Assembly: GCA_036734445.1 (NCBI GenBank)
Contig: DAIMYP010000003.1
Span: 63,854 to 95,853 of the forward strand
DNA from: Tannerellaceae bacterium
Lineage (GTDB): Bacteria > Bacteroidota > Bacteroidia > Bacteroidales > Tannerellaceae
Length of the DNA stretch: 32,000 nt
Reading direction: 5' to 3'
Both the position numbers and the translations under genes were made by a program. How positions within the stretch are numbered: position 1 is the stretch's first letter; every line of letters starts with the position of its first letter. Positions 22,872 to 32,000 of this stretch are shown one piece after another. The notes beneath the pieces were generated by a model that saw nothing but the letters and a program-made list of their open reading frames with translations, had not been told where the DNA came from and made no database searches.

Positions 22872-25109
22872 TTATTCGGCTGTAATCTCATACATGTGAC
22901 TTGTTGTCTGCATAGTGCTGAAAACATTCAGTCCCACTTTCATCAGATAATCGCCCGAATAAATTTTCGGACCTTCATTGCCGGGCATCATCGGAGGCAT
23001 CATCGGACGATCGCCTTTGGATCTTGGCATTTGATTGATTTCCTCAATCTTATAGTTCTTTGTCGGATCCAAACCTTGCAGTTTGACAGGCATCATCTTT
23101 TCTTGGAAGCGTGGATGAATATCGAAAGCGTAAAGAACGGCCTTGTTTTTATTGTCGCCTACATACATTGTGGCTGTATGGTTGCCTTCGTATGGAGAAA
23201 CAAGACGATACATATCGCCATCGAGGGTGATATTCTCCAAACGTTTGTAGTTGGCTACAGCAGTCTTGCAGTATGTCATTTCGTCGGGCGTCAGATTCTT
23301 TAGGCTCATGTCGAAGCCTAACTTGCAAAGCATGGCAACGTCTGTGCGGAACTTGATGCTTGTAGTTTTGTTCCAATCAGTTACATGTGCGCAAATCGCC
23401 TTAGCAGGGAAGAACTGCGAGAAGCCCCATTGGATAAAGAGACGTTCGATCGGATCAGTATCATCACTTGCCCAGAACTCGGTAAAATATTTCAATGCTT
23501 CATAGTCGCAACGGGCACCGCCGCCTGAACAAAGCATAATCGGAAGGTTAGGATATTTGGCTTTCACACGATTGAACACATTGTAAAGACCTCGTACATA
23601 TTTTACATACAACTCATTCTGTTTCGTTTTTAGATATGGTGAGTATATGTTGGTGATCGGGCTGTTGCAATCCCATTTGAAGAAGGCAAGGTTAGGATTT
23701 TCAGTCATTATATTGTCCAAAACTCCGAACACATGGTCTTGTACCTTCGGATTACTCAAGTCCAGAACCAACTGATTGCGGAAATAATAGGTTTCGCGAT
23801 TTGGCTGATGGATAACCCAGTCTGGATGTTTCTCAAAGAGCTCACTCTTCGGGTTTACCATCTCAGGTTCAATCCAGATGCCGAACTTCACACCAGCATC
23901 TTTAGCCGCTTTAACCAAATATGGAACGCCATTAGGCAGTTTGCTGTGAGTTACTTCCCAATCACCTAGTCCGGCATGGTCGTCTTTGCGTGGATATTTG
24001 TTGCCGAACCATCCGTCGTCAAGCAGAAACATATCAACACCTAATTCTTTTGTTTCTTTCATCAGGCCGCTCAAAATTTCTTCATTAAAATTGAAACCGG
24101 TGTTTTCCCAGTTGTTCAGCAAAGTCATACGACTGCCTTTGCCGTCTTTCAACTGATAATTGCGAGCCCAATTGTGAAAATTGCGGCTTGCCTGGCCTGT
24201 ACCACTTTGGCTGAGAGTGAAAATAAATTCAGGTGTGTTGAAAAGTTCGCCCGGTTGCAGATCGTAAATAGAGGCATACGGATTGATGCCTGAACTGATA
24301 CGAAGAACGCCTGCGTCGTCTACTTCGAAAGTGAAGCGGAAATTGCCTGTCCAACCGATTGTACCAAGCAGAACTTCACCTTGCTGTTCATTTGCCGGAG
24401 CATTGACACCCAATTCGAAAAATGGTTGAAGCATCATTGCTGCACGCGAACCCAATTTGGTGTCGAGCACTTTTTTGCCGAACTCAAGCTTTTGTGTGTG
24501 CATTCCTACTTCCTTTGCCCAATTGCCATCGAACTGAGTCAAATAATAGGATGCATTGTCAAGATAGAGCATTGATGAAGCATATCGGCTCATCAGAATA
24601 GCACCTTTCTCGGAATGCGAAATCTCAGTCCATGTCTTGAATATGTTTTCTTTGGCATAAGTAATGTAATGAATCTTTACTGTAACTGGGTAGACATCAT
24701 CTTTAAGTGTGATAATCGTTTCTGTCACATTGTTGTCCTGATTCTTGACATCAGATGAAACATACTTCAGATAAGTGGTCATGTTTCCATCGACATGCGT
24801 GATTGCCAGTGCCGATTCATAATAATCTTCAGCTCCGGAAGTTTGATACACTTCGCCGCTGTTTACACCCATTGGAGGCATTCCTGGTCCACCGCGACGT
24901 ACATCTTTAAATTGGTTCAAATCAGACTCATTTATCAGTTTGACTCCAAAATACTTTTGATAGAGTCGCCCGTTCTGGCCGACATTCAATATCAAGTCAG
25001 TTTCATTAGTAGAAATGCGGATTAGTTGAGAACCATCCGCTGCAAGTGCCTTTACATTCATAAAGAACAAACTTAAAATAAATAATGCAATGATTTTTTT
25101 CATGGCCAT
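22872..25109 (-). CDS. Secreted GH36 alpha-galactosidase
   Basis: 745 aa; signal peptide; 'ELGVDMFLLDDGWFGNKYPRKDDHAGLGDWEV', 'GVKFGIWIEPEMVNPKSELFEKHPDWVI', nucleophile region 'LAFFKWDCNSPI', 'RCDYEALKYFTEFWASDDTDPIERLFIQWG'. The start may be the second Met (MKKIIALF). Confidence 0.94.
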   Translation of the reverse strand: MAMKKIIALFILSLFFMNVKALAADGSQLIRISTNETDLILNVGQNGRLYQKYFGVKLINESDLNQFKDVRRGGPGMPPMGVNSGEVYQTSGAEDYYESALAITHVDGNMTTYLKYVSSDVKNQDNNVTETIITLKDDVYPVTVKIHYITYAKENIFKTWTEISHSEKGAILMSRYASSMLYLDNASYYLTQFDGNWAKEVGMHTQKLEFGKKVLDTKLGSRAAMMLQPFFELGVNAPANEQQGEVLLGTIGWTGNFRFTFEVDDAGVLRISSGINPYASIYDLQPGELFNTPEFIFTLSQSGTGQASRNFHNWARNYQLKDGKGSRMTLLNNWENTGFNFNEEILSGLMKETKELGVDMFLLDDGWFGNKYPRKDDHAGLGDWEVTHSKLPNGVPYLVKAAKDAGVKFGIWIEPEMVNPKSELFEKHPDWVIHQPNRETYYFRNQLVLDLSNPKVQDHVFGVLDNIMTENPNLAFFKWDCNSPITNIYSPYLKTKQNELYVKYVRGLYNVFNRVKAKYPNLPIMLCSGGGARCDYEALKYFTEFWASDDTDPIERLFIQWGFSQFFPAKAICAHVTDWNKTTSIKFRTDVAMLCKLGFDMSLKNLTPDEMTYCKTAVANYKRLENITLDGDMYRLVSPYEGNHTATMYVGDNKNKAVLYAFDIHPRFQEKMMPVKLQGLDPTKNYKIEEINQMPRSKGDRPMMPPMMPGNEGPKIYSGDYLMKVGLNVFSTMQTTSHMYEITAE

Positions 25110-25140
25110 TGTGATTAATTAGTAATTCTTTAATTGGATG

Positions 25141-25148
25141 CAAATATA
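25141..25148 (-). promoter_or_regulatory. Candidate -7 element (TATATTTG) for the GH36 gene
   Basis: CAAATATA on + strand = TATATTTG on - strand, about 30 nt upstream of the GH36 start. Confidence 0.45.
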
Positions 25149-25221
25149 ATTAAGTTTCTTTGAATTTCTTATAAAAATAGGTTTTTGCTTGTGTAAAAAC
25201 TTCCGTTTTATAAAAAATGCC

Positions 25222-25229
25222 TATATTTG
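25222..25229 (+). promoter_or_regulatory. Candidate -7 element (TATATTTG) for the cysQ-led operon
   Basis: Exact TAnnTTTG match 31 nt upstream of ATG 25261; no clear TTTG at the -33 spacing. Confidence 0.5.
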
Positions 25230-25260
25230 TGTACTGACAAACTAAGAAAAAAACTGAATA

Positions 25261-26082
25261 ATGGACGAATATTTAAATTATCTATATGTGGCTATTCGTG
25301 CTGCAATCGATGCCGGAAGGGCAATTATGGAAATTTATGATAGTACGAAGGAAAATATTGTCGTTGAATGGAAAGCTGATAATTCGCCTTTGACTCAAGC
25401 CGATAAGCAGGCTCATAAAATCATATCCGTTATTCTTTCAGCAACACCGTTTCCGGTTCTGAGCGAAGAAGGGAAGATGATTCCTTTTGCAGAGCGTAAA
25501 AAGTGGAAAACACTGTGGATAGTTGATCCACTTGATGGGACGAAAGAATTTATCAAACGTAATGGTGAGTTTACCGTAAATATAGCATTAGTGAAAGAAG
25601 GAGTTCCAGTGATGGGCGTGATTTATATTCCTGTTCGTGAGGAACTTTATTTCGCTACAGAAACTTTGGGAGCTTACAAGCTGAATAAAATTAATGGTAT
25701 CAGTCAGCCGTCGGTGAACGACATGATTGCAAAAGCTTTGAAATTGCCAAATGCAACAGGACATCAAGGAATTGTTGTCGTAGCTTCTCGTTCACATCTG
25801 AACGAAGAGACGATGAGTTATATTGACAACCTGCGCCGTCAAGGACAACCTGTAACATTGATTAGTAGCGGAAGCAGTCTGAAAATTTGCCTAGTAGCCG
25901 AAGGATCTGCTGATATTTATCCGCGTTTTGCGCCAACGATGGAATGGGACACAGCTGCTGGACATGCAATAGCTCGCGCTGCCGGTTGTCAAATTTATCA
26001 TACTGATGAGATGACGCCATTGAATTACAATAAAGAAGATTTACATAATCCTTGGTTCATCGTCAAAGCGCAGCAGGCATGA
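25261..26082 (+). CDS. cysQ: 3'(2'),5'-bisphosphate nucleotidase (PAP phosphatase)
   Basis: 273 aa; Li-sensitive phosphatase motifs 'WKADNSPLTQADKQAHKII', 'LWIVDPLDGTKEFIKRNGEFTVNIALV', 'PTMEWDTAAGHAIARAAG'. Confidence 0.95.
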   Translation: MDEYLNYLYVAIRAAIDAGRAIMEIYDSTKENIVVEWKADNSPLTQADKQAHKIISVILSATPFPVLSEEGKMIPFAERKKWKTLWIVDPLDGTKEFIKRNGEFTVNIALVKEGVPVMGVIYIPVREELYFATETLGAYKLNKINGISQPSVNDMIAKALKLPNATGHQGIVVVASRSHLNEETMSYIDNLRRQGQPVTLISSGSSLKICLVAEGSADIYPRFAPTMEWDTAAGHAIARAAGCQIYHTDEMTPLNYNKEDLHNPWFIVKAQQA

Positions 26083-27629
26083 GTTTTGAAATCATATTTG
26101 TTTTGTTGGCGTTGATCGGAATGGTCGCCGCATTGATATGGGATAGAATGAGGCCTGGAATGGTGCTTCTAACTGTCGTTGTTGTATTTATGTGTGCAGG
26201 TATTCTGACACCAAAAGAGATGCTTGAAGGATTTAGTAACAAAGGAATGATCACTGTCGGACTGCTGTTTTTGGTGAGTGAAGGAATCCGACAGAGTGGA
26301 GCTTTAGGGCAGTTGGTTAAAAAACTTCTTCCTGTACAAAAAACGACAATTTTCAAGTCGCAACTCCGTATTCTTCCTTCTATTGCTTTCATCTCTGCCT
26401 TTCTTAATAATACACCTGTTGTTGTCATCTTCGCCCCGATTGTTAAGCGTTGGGCAGAATCGATAAAACTTCCAGCTACAAAATTTCTTATTCCACTTTC
26501 TTACGTTACTATCCTGGGCGGTTTGTGCACATTGATTGGAACGTCTACGAATCTTGTTGTTGATGGTATGATTCAAGATGCCGGATATGAAGGGTTTTCC
26601 ATGTTCGAACTGGGAAAGATTGGTATTTTTGTAGTCCTTTTTGGTATAACATATTTGTTTATTTTTTCCAATAAACTTCTTCCTGATTCGCGCAAAGATG
26701 CTTACGAAGAGGAAGACGAAAGCAATACAGGCAATCTTCGAAGAGTTGAAGCTGTGTTGGGTCCGCGTTTTCCAGGCATCAACAAGTCGTTGGGTGATTT
26801 TAATTTCACACGTCATTATGGTGCAATTGTTAAGGAAGTTAGAAGCGGCGGACAGTGTTATTCGCACGATTTGGAAAGGGTTGTTCTTCATGAAGGCGAT
26901 ACGCTGATTCTCTGGGCCGATGATTCGTTTGCTGCCACATGGGGAGAGTCGAGCGTGTTTCTATTGCTCGCCAATAGTAAAGACAAAGAGGAACCGTTCT
27001 CGAAGAAAAAACGGTGGCTGGCACTCGGATTGCTCATCTTTATGATAACGGGAGCAACGGTTGGCGAATTGCCGTTTATGAAAGAGATGTTGCCCGGTAT
27101 GCATTTGGATATGTTTTTCTTTGTTTGTGTCACAACGATTATCATGGCATGGACGAAAATTTTCCCTCCAAAAAAATATACCAAATATATATCATGGGAT
27201 ATTTTGATAACGATTGCATGCGCGTTTGCTATTAGTAAAGCAATGGAAAATTCAGGCGTTGCTGCTTGGTTGGCTCAAAATATTATCGGATTGTCGCATA
27301 ATATGGGGCCGTATGCATTGTTGGCTATTGTTTATATTATTACTAACGTTTTTACGGAACTTATCACGAATAATGCCGCGGCGGCTTTGAGTTTCCCTAT
27401 CGGACTTTCTGTCGCAACTCAATTAGGCGTGAATCCGACGCCTTTCTTTGTGGCTATTTGTGTAGCGGCATCAGCAAGTTTCAGTTCGCCGATAGGTTAT
27501 CAGACGAATTTGATTGTACAAGGTATTGGCGGTTATAAGTTTACTGATTTTGTGAAAATCGGTTTGCCTTTGAATGTGATTACATTTTTGGTTTCAGTGA
27601 TTCTGATTCCAATGATTTGGAGTTTTTAA
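26079..27629 (+). CDS. SLC13/DASS-family anion (probable sulfate) permease with TrkA-C domain
   Basis: ORF 26052..27629; ATG 26079 overlaps the cysQ stop (ATGA). 'AFISAFLNNTPVVVIFAPIVKRWAESIKLPATKFLIPLSYVTILGGLCTLIGTSTNLVVDG', C-terminal 'SFSSPIGYQTNLIVQGIGGYKFTDFVKIGLPLN', internal TrkA-C-like stretch 'HDLERVVLHEGDTLILW'. Confidence 0.9.
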   Translation: MSFEIIFVLLALIGMVAALIWDRMRPGMVLLTVVVVFMCAGILTPKEMLEGFSNKGMITVGLLFLVSEGIRQSGALGQLVKKLLPVQKTTIFKSQLRILPSIAFISAFLNNTPVVVIFAPIVKRWAESIKLPATKFLIPLSYVTILGGLCTLIGTSTNLVVDGMIQDAGYEGFSMFELGKIGIFVVLFGITYLFIFSNKLLPDSRKDAYEEEDESNTGNLRRVEAVLGPRFPGINKSLGDFNFTRHYGAIVKEVRSGGQCYSHDLERVVLHEGDTLILWADDSFAATWGESSVFLLLANSKDKEEPFSKKKRWLALGLLIFMITGATVGELPFMKEMLPGMHLDMFFFVCVTTIIMAWTKIFPPKKYTKYISWDILITIACAFAISKAMENSGVAAWLAQNIIGLSHNMGPYALLAIVYIITNVFTELITNNAAAALSFPIGLSVATQLGVNPTPFFVAICVAASASFSSPIGYQTNLIVQGIGGYKFTDFVKIGLPLNVITFLVSVILIPMIWSF

Positions 27630-27638
27630 GTTTTAAGG

Positions 27639-28250
27639 ATGAAAGAAGAACAACAACATATTTATCCAGTCTTCGACAAGATGTTGAAGCGTGAAGACAA
27701 AGAACAATTGTTGAAGCAACGCAGTGTGATGATTTGGTTCACAGGGCTAAGTGGTTCTGGAAAGAGTACACTGGCAATTGCTTTGGAGCGTGAATTGCAC
27801 CGGCATGGTTTGCTTTGTCGCATCCTGGATGGTGATAATATTCGTTCTGGAATTAATAATAATCTGGGTTTTACAGAAGCTGATCGTACAGAAAACATAC
27901 GTCGGATTGCGGAGATCGGAAAACTTTTTGTTGATACGGGAATTATCACGATTGCTGCATTTATCAGTCCGATGAATAGTTTGCGCGAGATGGCTGCTTC
28001 TATCATTGGCAAAAACAATTTCCTTGAAATATATGTTAATACATCGTTAGCAGAATGCGAACGACGCGATGTGAAAGGTTTATATGCCAAAGCACGTCGC
28101 GGTGAGATAAAAGAATTCACGGGCATTTCGGCACCTTTTGAAGCACCATTGGATCCTGATTTAGTATTGGATACTTCAATATTAAGCGTGCAGCAGTCTG
28201 TGAATGAATTATTAAAATTGATTTTACCCAGGGTAATGGTAGATAAATGA
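27639..28250 (+). CDS. cysC: Adenylylsulfate (APS) kinase
   Basis: 203 aa; P-loop '[23 protein letters not shown]', '[50 protein letters not shown]', '[13 protein letters not shown]'. Confidence 0.97.
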   Translation: MKEEQQHIYPVFDKMLKREDKEQLLKQRSVMIWFTGLSGSGKSTLAIALERELHRHGLLCRILDGDNIRSGINNNLGFTEADRTENIRRIAEIGKLFVDTGIITIAAFISPMNSLREMAASIIGKNNFLEIYVNTSLAECERRDVKGLYAKARRGEIKEFTGISAPFEAPLDPDLVLDTSILSVQQSVNELLKLILPRVMVDK

Positions 28251-28251
28251 T

Positions 28252-29160
28252 ATGTCAGAATATAAATTAAGTCATTTGCAAGAGTTGGAGGCTGAGTCCA
28301 TTTATATTATTCGTGAAGTGGCTGCCGAATTTCAGAATCCTGTGATGCTCTATTCAATAGGTAAGGATTCGTCGGTGATGGTGCGTCTTGCCGAGAAGGC
28401 TTTTGCACCGGGGAAAGTGCCATTTCCTTTGATGCATATCGATTCAAAATGGAAGTTTAAGGAGATGATTCAGTTCCGCGATGAGTATGCGAAGAAATAT
28501 GGTTGGAATCTGATCGTTGAATCGAACATGGAGGCTTTTCGTGCTGGCGTTGGTCCGTTTACACACGGAAGCAAAGTTCATACTGATTTAATGAAGACGC
28601 AGGCTTTGTTACATGGTCTGGATAAATATAAGTTCGACGCTGCCTTTGGTGGTGCGCGTCGCGATGAGGAAAAAAGTCGTGCTAAAGAACGAATCTTTTC
28701 ATTCCGCGACAAGTTCCATCAATGGGATCCGAAAAATCAGCGCCCAGAATTGTGGGACATCTATAATGCTCGTGTCCATAAGGGTGAAAGCATTCGTGTT
28801 TTTCCTCTTTCGAACTGGACAGAATTGGATATTTGGCAATATATTCGTTTGGAGCAGATTCCAATAGTTCCGCTTTATTTTGCTAAGGAACGTCCATGCG
28901 TGGAAATTGATGGAAATTTGATTATGGCTGATGATGATCGTCTACCCGAAAAGTATCGTGACAAAATTAAAATGAGAAAGGTTCGTTTTCGTACTTTAGG
29001 CTGCTGGCCACTGACGGGAGCTGTTGAAAGCGATGCAGATACAATCGAAAAGATTGTGGAAGAGATGATGACGACAACCAAAAGCGAACGCACGACGCGA
29101 GTCATTGATTTTGATCAGGATTCGAGTATGGAACAAAAGAAACGAGAAGGATATTTCTAA
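28252..29160 (+). CDS. cysD: Sulfate adenylyltransferase subunit 2 (ATP sulfurylase small subunit)
   Basis: 302 aa; '[64 protein letters not shown]', '[24 protein letters not shown]', '[14 protein letters not shown]'. Confidence 0.98.
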   Translation: MSEYKLSHLQELEAESIYIIREVAAEFQNPVMLYSIGKDSSVMVRLAEKAFAPGKVPFPLMHIDSKWKFKEMIQFRDEYAKKYGWNLIVESNMEAFRAGVGPFTHGSKVHTDLMKTQALLHGLDKYKFDAAFGGARRDEEKSRAKERIFSFRDKFHQWDPKNQRPELWDIYNARVHKGESIRVFPLSNWTELDIWQYIRLEQIPIVPLYFAKERPCVEIDGNLIMADDDRLPEKYRDKIKMRKVRFRTLGCWPLTGAVESDADTIEKIVEEMMTTTKSERTTRVIDFDQDSSMEQKKREGYF

Positions 29161-29207
29161 TTGTCAGAATAATAGACGCAAGACAATAAACAGAATATGA
29201 AATTTAG

Positions 29208-30692
29208 ATGAAAGGAGAACAACAAAATATAAATTCAAAAAGCCAGTTAAATATCAAGGAATTTCTTGATCGCGACGAACAGAAAGATTTGCTTCGTTTT
29301 CTAACTGCCGGTTCGGTGGATGATGGCAAATCAACTCTGATTGGGCGTTTGCTATTCGACAGCAAGAAGATTTATGAAGATCAACTCGATGCGCTCGAAC
29401 GCGACAGTAAGCGTATGGGCAATGCGGGTAATCATATCGATTATGCATTGTTGTTGGATGGACTAAGGGCTGAACGCGAAGAAGGAATTACCATTGATGT
29501 GGCTTATCGTTATTTCAGTACGAATAATCGAAAATTTATCATTGCCGATACGCCTGGTCATGAGCAATATACGCGTAATATGATAACTGGTGGTTCAACG
29601 GCAAATCTGGCCATTATTCTTGTCGATGCCAGATTGGGTGTGATTACACAGACGCGCCGTCATACTTTTCTAGTTTCGCTTCTTGGTATTCGTCATTTGG
29701 TATTGGCGGTGAACAAAATGGACCTTGTGAATTTTGATCAGCAGACTTTTGACAAGATTGTTGCCGATTATAAGACTTTTGTTGCTCCATTGGATATTCC
29801 AGATGTGACATGTATACCGCTTTCGGCTTTGGATGGCGACAATGTTGTTACAAAAAGCGAACGAACACCGTGGTATACAGGAAAATCATTGCTCGGTTTT
29901 TTGGAAACAGTTCCTATTGATCTTGATCGCAATTATAGCGATTTACGTTATCCTGTGCAATATGTTCTGCGTCCGAATCAGAATTTTCGTGGTTTTAGTG
30001 GTAAGGTGGCGAGCGGTATTGTGCGTAAAGGTGATATAGTGAAAGCTCTCCCTTCAGGTAAAATCTCGAAAGTGAAAAGCATCGTAACATATGATGGCGA
30101 ATTGCAGCAGGCTTTTCCTCCACAATGTGTTACACTGACCTTGGAAGATGAAATAGATGTTTCTCGAGGCGAAATGTTGGTTCATCCGGATAATCTTCCA
30201 ATGATCGGACGACATTTCAAAGCAATGCTTGTCTGGATGGATGAGGAACCGATGGATATGAACAAGCCGTTTTATATTAAACAGACGACGAATGAAACTC
30301 GTGCTCATGTAGATGAAATCCATTATAAAGTTAATGTGAATACGATGGAACATCTGTCGCTTGAGAACGGATTGCTGACAGAGGCGTCGCTTCCCATGCA
30401 GTTGAACGAGATTGCTTGTGTCACATTTACTACAGGAAAGACGTTGTTTTTCGATTCCTATAAACAGAACAGGCAGACAGGTTCGTTTATTTTGATTGAT
30501 CCGATTACAAACAACACTTCGGCAGTTGGAATGATGATTGCACTTGACGATTCTCAATCAGTTACCGATTATGTTAATGGGTTGACAATCGATTTGCAGG
30601 AGTTGAAAATAGGCGAGGAGCATTACGAGGCTATCCGTAAAGTTTGTGACGAATTGCAAAAACAAGGTTGTAAAGTGAATTTGATAGAATAA
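29208..30692 (+). CDS. cysN: Sulfate adenylyltransferase subunit 1 (GTPase subunit); no APS kinase fused at the C-terminus
   Basis: 494 aa; '[33 protein letters not shown]', '[28 protein letters not shown]', 'LAVNKMDLV'. Length and C-terminus fit a stand-alone CysN. Confidence 0.97.
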   Translation: MKGEQQNINSKSQLNIKEFLDRDEQKDLLRFLTAGSVDDGKSTLIGRLLFDSKKIYEDQLDALERDSKRMGNAGNHIDYALLLDGLRAEREEGITIDVAYRYFSTNNRKFIIADTPGHEQYTRNMITGGSTANLAIILVDARLGVITQTRRHTFLVSLLGIRHLVLAVNKMDLVNFDQQTFDKIVADYKTFVAPLDIPDVTCIPLSALDGDNVVTKSERTPWYTGKSLLGFLETVPIDLDRNYSDLRYPVQYVLRPNQNFRGFSGKVASGIVRKGDIVKALPSGKISKVKSIVTYDGELQQAFPPQCVTLTLEDEIDVSRGEMLVHPDNLPMIGRHFKAMLVWMDEEPMDMNKPFYIKQTTNETRAHVDEIHYKVNVNTMEHLSLENGLLTEASLPMQLNEIACVTFTTGKTLFFDSYKQNRQTGSFILIDPITNNTSAVGMMIALDDSQSVTDYVNGLTIDLQELKIGEEHYEAIRKVCDELQKQGCKVNLIE

Positions 30693-30711
30693 AAATAGAG
30701 GTAAAGACAGG

Positions 30712-30735
30712 GCTTTCGACAATAAAGTCGGAAGC
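30712..30735 (+). other. Stem-loop in the cysN-sulfotransferase intergenic gap
   Basis: GCTTTCGAC (30712-30720), loop AATAAA, GTCGGAAGC (30727-30735); 9-bp stem with one G-U pair; no T-run follows. Confidence 0.5.
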
Positions 30736-30764
30736 AAACTGTGGATTATCAATAGTGTATTAAT

Positions 30765-31877
30765 ATGGGTTTATTGGAGTTTAGTAAATTACCGATCAAC
30801 ACATTAGTTGGTGCCGATTGGAGGACATTCAAGGAAGTGACGGCCAATATGTCTATCGATAAAGAGTATCGTAGTAAGTTCTATTTGACAAAGGCCGTTT
30901 GCCGATTGTTGAGTTTACTTGTTCCTATCGAAAACGCTTGTTACCAGAAGTTAATGAATAATCCGATAGAAATGGATCCGTTATTTATCCTTGGTCACTG
31001 GCGTAGTGGAACTACATTCGTTCATAATGTTTTTGCTCAAGATCAGCATTTTGGCTACAACACAACTTATCAGACTGTTTTCCCAAATCTGATGCTTTGG
31101 GGACAATCTTTTTTTAAGAAGAACATGACTTTCCTGATGCCGGACAGAAGACCTACGGATAATATGGAACTCAAAGTGGATCTTCCTCAGGAAGAGGAAT
31201 TTGCTTTGGCAAACATGATGCCGTATACGTATTATAATTTCTGGTTTTTTCCTAGACATATGCTGGAATATTGTGATCGCTACATGTTGCTCGATAATAT
31301 TAATGAACATGAGCTGCAAGTTTTTAAAGAAACTTTTCTCAAGCTGATTAAAGTGTCACTTTGGAATACACATGGAGTCCAATTTTTGAGTAAAAATCCG
31401 CCTCATACGGGGCGTGTCAGACTTTTACTGGAGATGTTTCCGAACGCGAAGTTTATTTATATGAAACGCAATCCATATACAGTTTTCGAAAGTACACGCA
31501 GTTTTTTCAAAAATACAATTGTTCCTCTTCGTCTTCAGAATATATCGGAAGAACAATTTGAAAGCAATTTGTTAGAGGTCTATCGTCGTCTGTTTTATAA
31601 ATTCGAAGAACAAAAAGTGCGTATTCCTAAAGGAAATCTTGTTGAAGTGAAGTTTGAGGAATTTGAACGTGAACCTATGGAAATGACAGAAGCAATATAT
31701 CAACAATTAGATTTGCCAGGATTTGCTGAATCTAAAGATCGGATTTTTAAATACATCCATTTAAAAGATGGCTATTCGAAAAATCATTATAAATATGATG
31801 ACAACACACTGAAGACAGTGGAAGAAAATTGGGGAATGGCGCTTAAAGCTTGGAATTATTCGTTGGAACAATCATAG
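30765..31877 (+). CDS. PAPS-dependent sulfotransferase family protein
   Basis: 370 aa; 5'-phosphosulfate-binding loop 'PLFILGHWRSGTTFVHNVFAQD', 3'-phosphate-binding region 'FPNAKFIYMKRNPYTVFESTRSFF', plus genomic context with PAPS biosynthesis genes. Confidence 0.9.
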   Translation: MGLLEFSKLPINTLVGADWRTFKEVTANMSIDKEYRSKFYLTKAVCRLLSLLVPIENACYQKLMNNPIEMDPLFILGHWRSGTTFVHNVFAQDQHFGYNTTYQTVFPNLMLWGQSFFKKNMTFLMPDRRPTDNMELKVDLPQEEEFALANMMPYTYYNFWFFPRHMLEYCDRYMLLDNINEHELQVFKETFLKLIKVSLWNTHGVQFLSKNPPHTGRVRLLLEMFPNAKFIYMKRNPYTVFESTRSFFKNTIVPLRLQNISEEQFESNLLEVYRRLFYKFEEQKVRIPKGNLVEVKFEEFEREPMEMTEAIYQQLDLPGFAESKDRIFKYIHLKDGYSKNHYKYDDNTLKTVEENWGMALKAWNYSLEQS

Positions 31878-31891
31878 AATTTGATGAAATT

Positions 31892-32000
31892 ATGAAGAGT
31901 CGTTCTGTTTGTTTTTTTATTTTATTTCTATTAGATTGCTTGCTGTTTGAAGGATATGCTCAGCGTGTTACCTCATTGTTGTATGGCGATATGGACAATT
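31892..32000 (+). CDS. Start of a secreted hypothetical protein (truncated by right edge)
   Basis: ATG 31892 opens MKSRSVCFFILFLLDCLLFEGYAQRVTSLLYGDMDN..., with a signal-peptide-like N-terminus; frame open to the window end, 14 nt after the sulfotransferase stop. Confidence 0.6.
   Translation, partial: MKSRSVCFFILFLLDCLLFEGYAQRVTSLLYGDMDN

Noticed and set aside
22821-23303. 160-aa plus-strand ORF antisense to the GH36 C-terminus
   Set aside because: Overlaps the clearly conserved GH36 alpha-galactosidase; composition typical of an antisense frame.
26304-26891. 195-aa minus-strand ORF opposite the SLC13 permease gene
   Set aside because: Complement of membrane-protein coding sequence; no domain signal; no plausible promoter.
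27662-28126. 154-aa minus-strand ORF opposite cysC
   Set aside because: Antisense to a canonical APS kinase; no independent support.
25261-30692. Interpretation of cysQ/C/D/N as a standard cysteine-biosynthesis assimilation operon
   Set aside because: Not fully excluded, but downranked: a reductive route needs cysH and sulfite reductase, which are absent here, while a sulfotransferase immediately follows.

Overview
The window looks like an ordinary Bacteroidales chromosomal segment. Evidence is TAnnTTTG-type promoter -7 elements, paired SusC/SusD genes, and an ECF-sigma/FecR pair. No mobile element, CRISPR array, rRNA or tRNA was recognised. From left to right: a partial GH20-like beta-hexosaminidase (-); glyA (-); a Gfo/Idh/MocA oxidoreductase (-); a secreted six-hairpin-glycosidase-like protein (+); a YczE/YitT-like membrane protein (-) divergent from a LysR regulator (+); a TetR-fabG-RluA pseudouridine synthase run (+); topB (-); a polysaccharide utilization locus (ECF sigma, FecR anti-sigma, STN-domain SusC, SusD, GH63-like glycosidase, GH2 beta-galactosidase, all +, with a convergent GH36 alpha-galactosidase); and a sulfate activation/transfer cluster (cysQ, SLC13 permease, cysC, cysD, cysN, PAPS-type sulfotransferase, then the start of a secreted protein). 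The most interesting locus is the last one (25261-31877+). It encodes PAPS synthesis, PAP removal and a sulfotransferase, but no PAPS reductase or sulfite reductase is visible. That argues for sulfonation of a metabolite, lipid or glycan rather than cysteine assimilation, and it resembles the steroid/cholesterol sulfonation cluster described in Bacteroides thetaiotaomicron. I saw no strong evidence for a completely new class of system. Several RNA hairpins and inverted repeats and a 102-nt convergent coding overlap merit checking.
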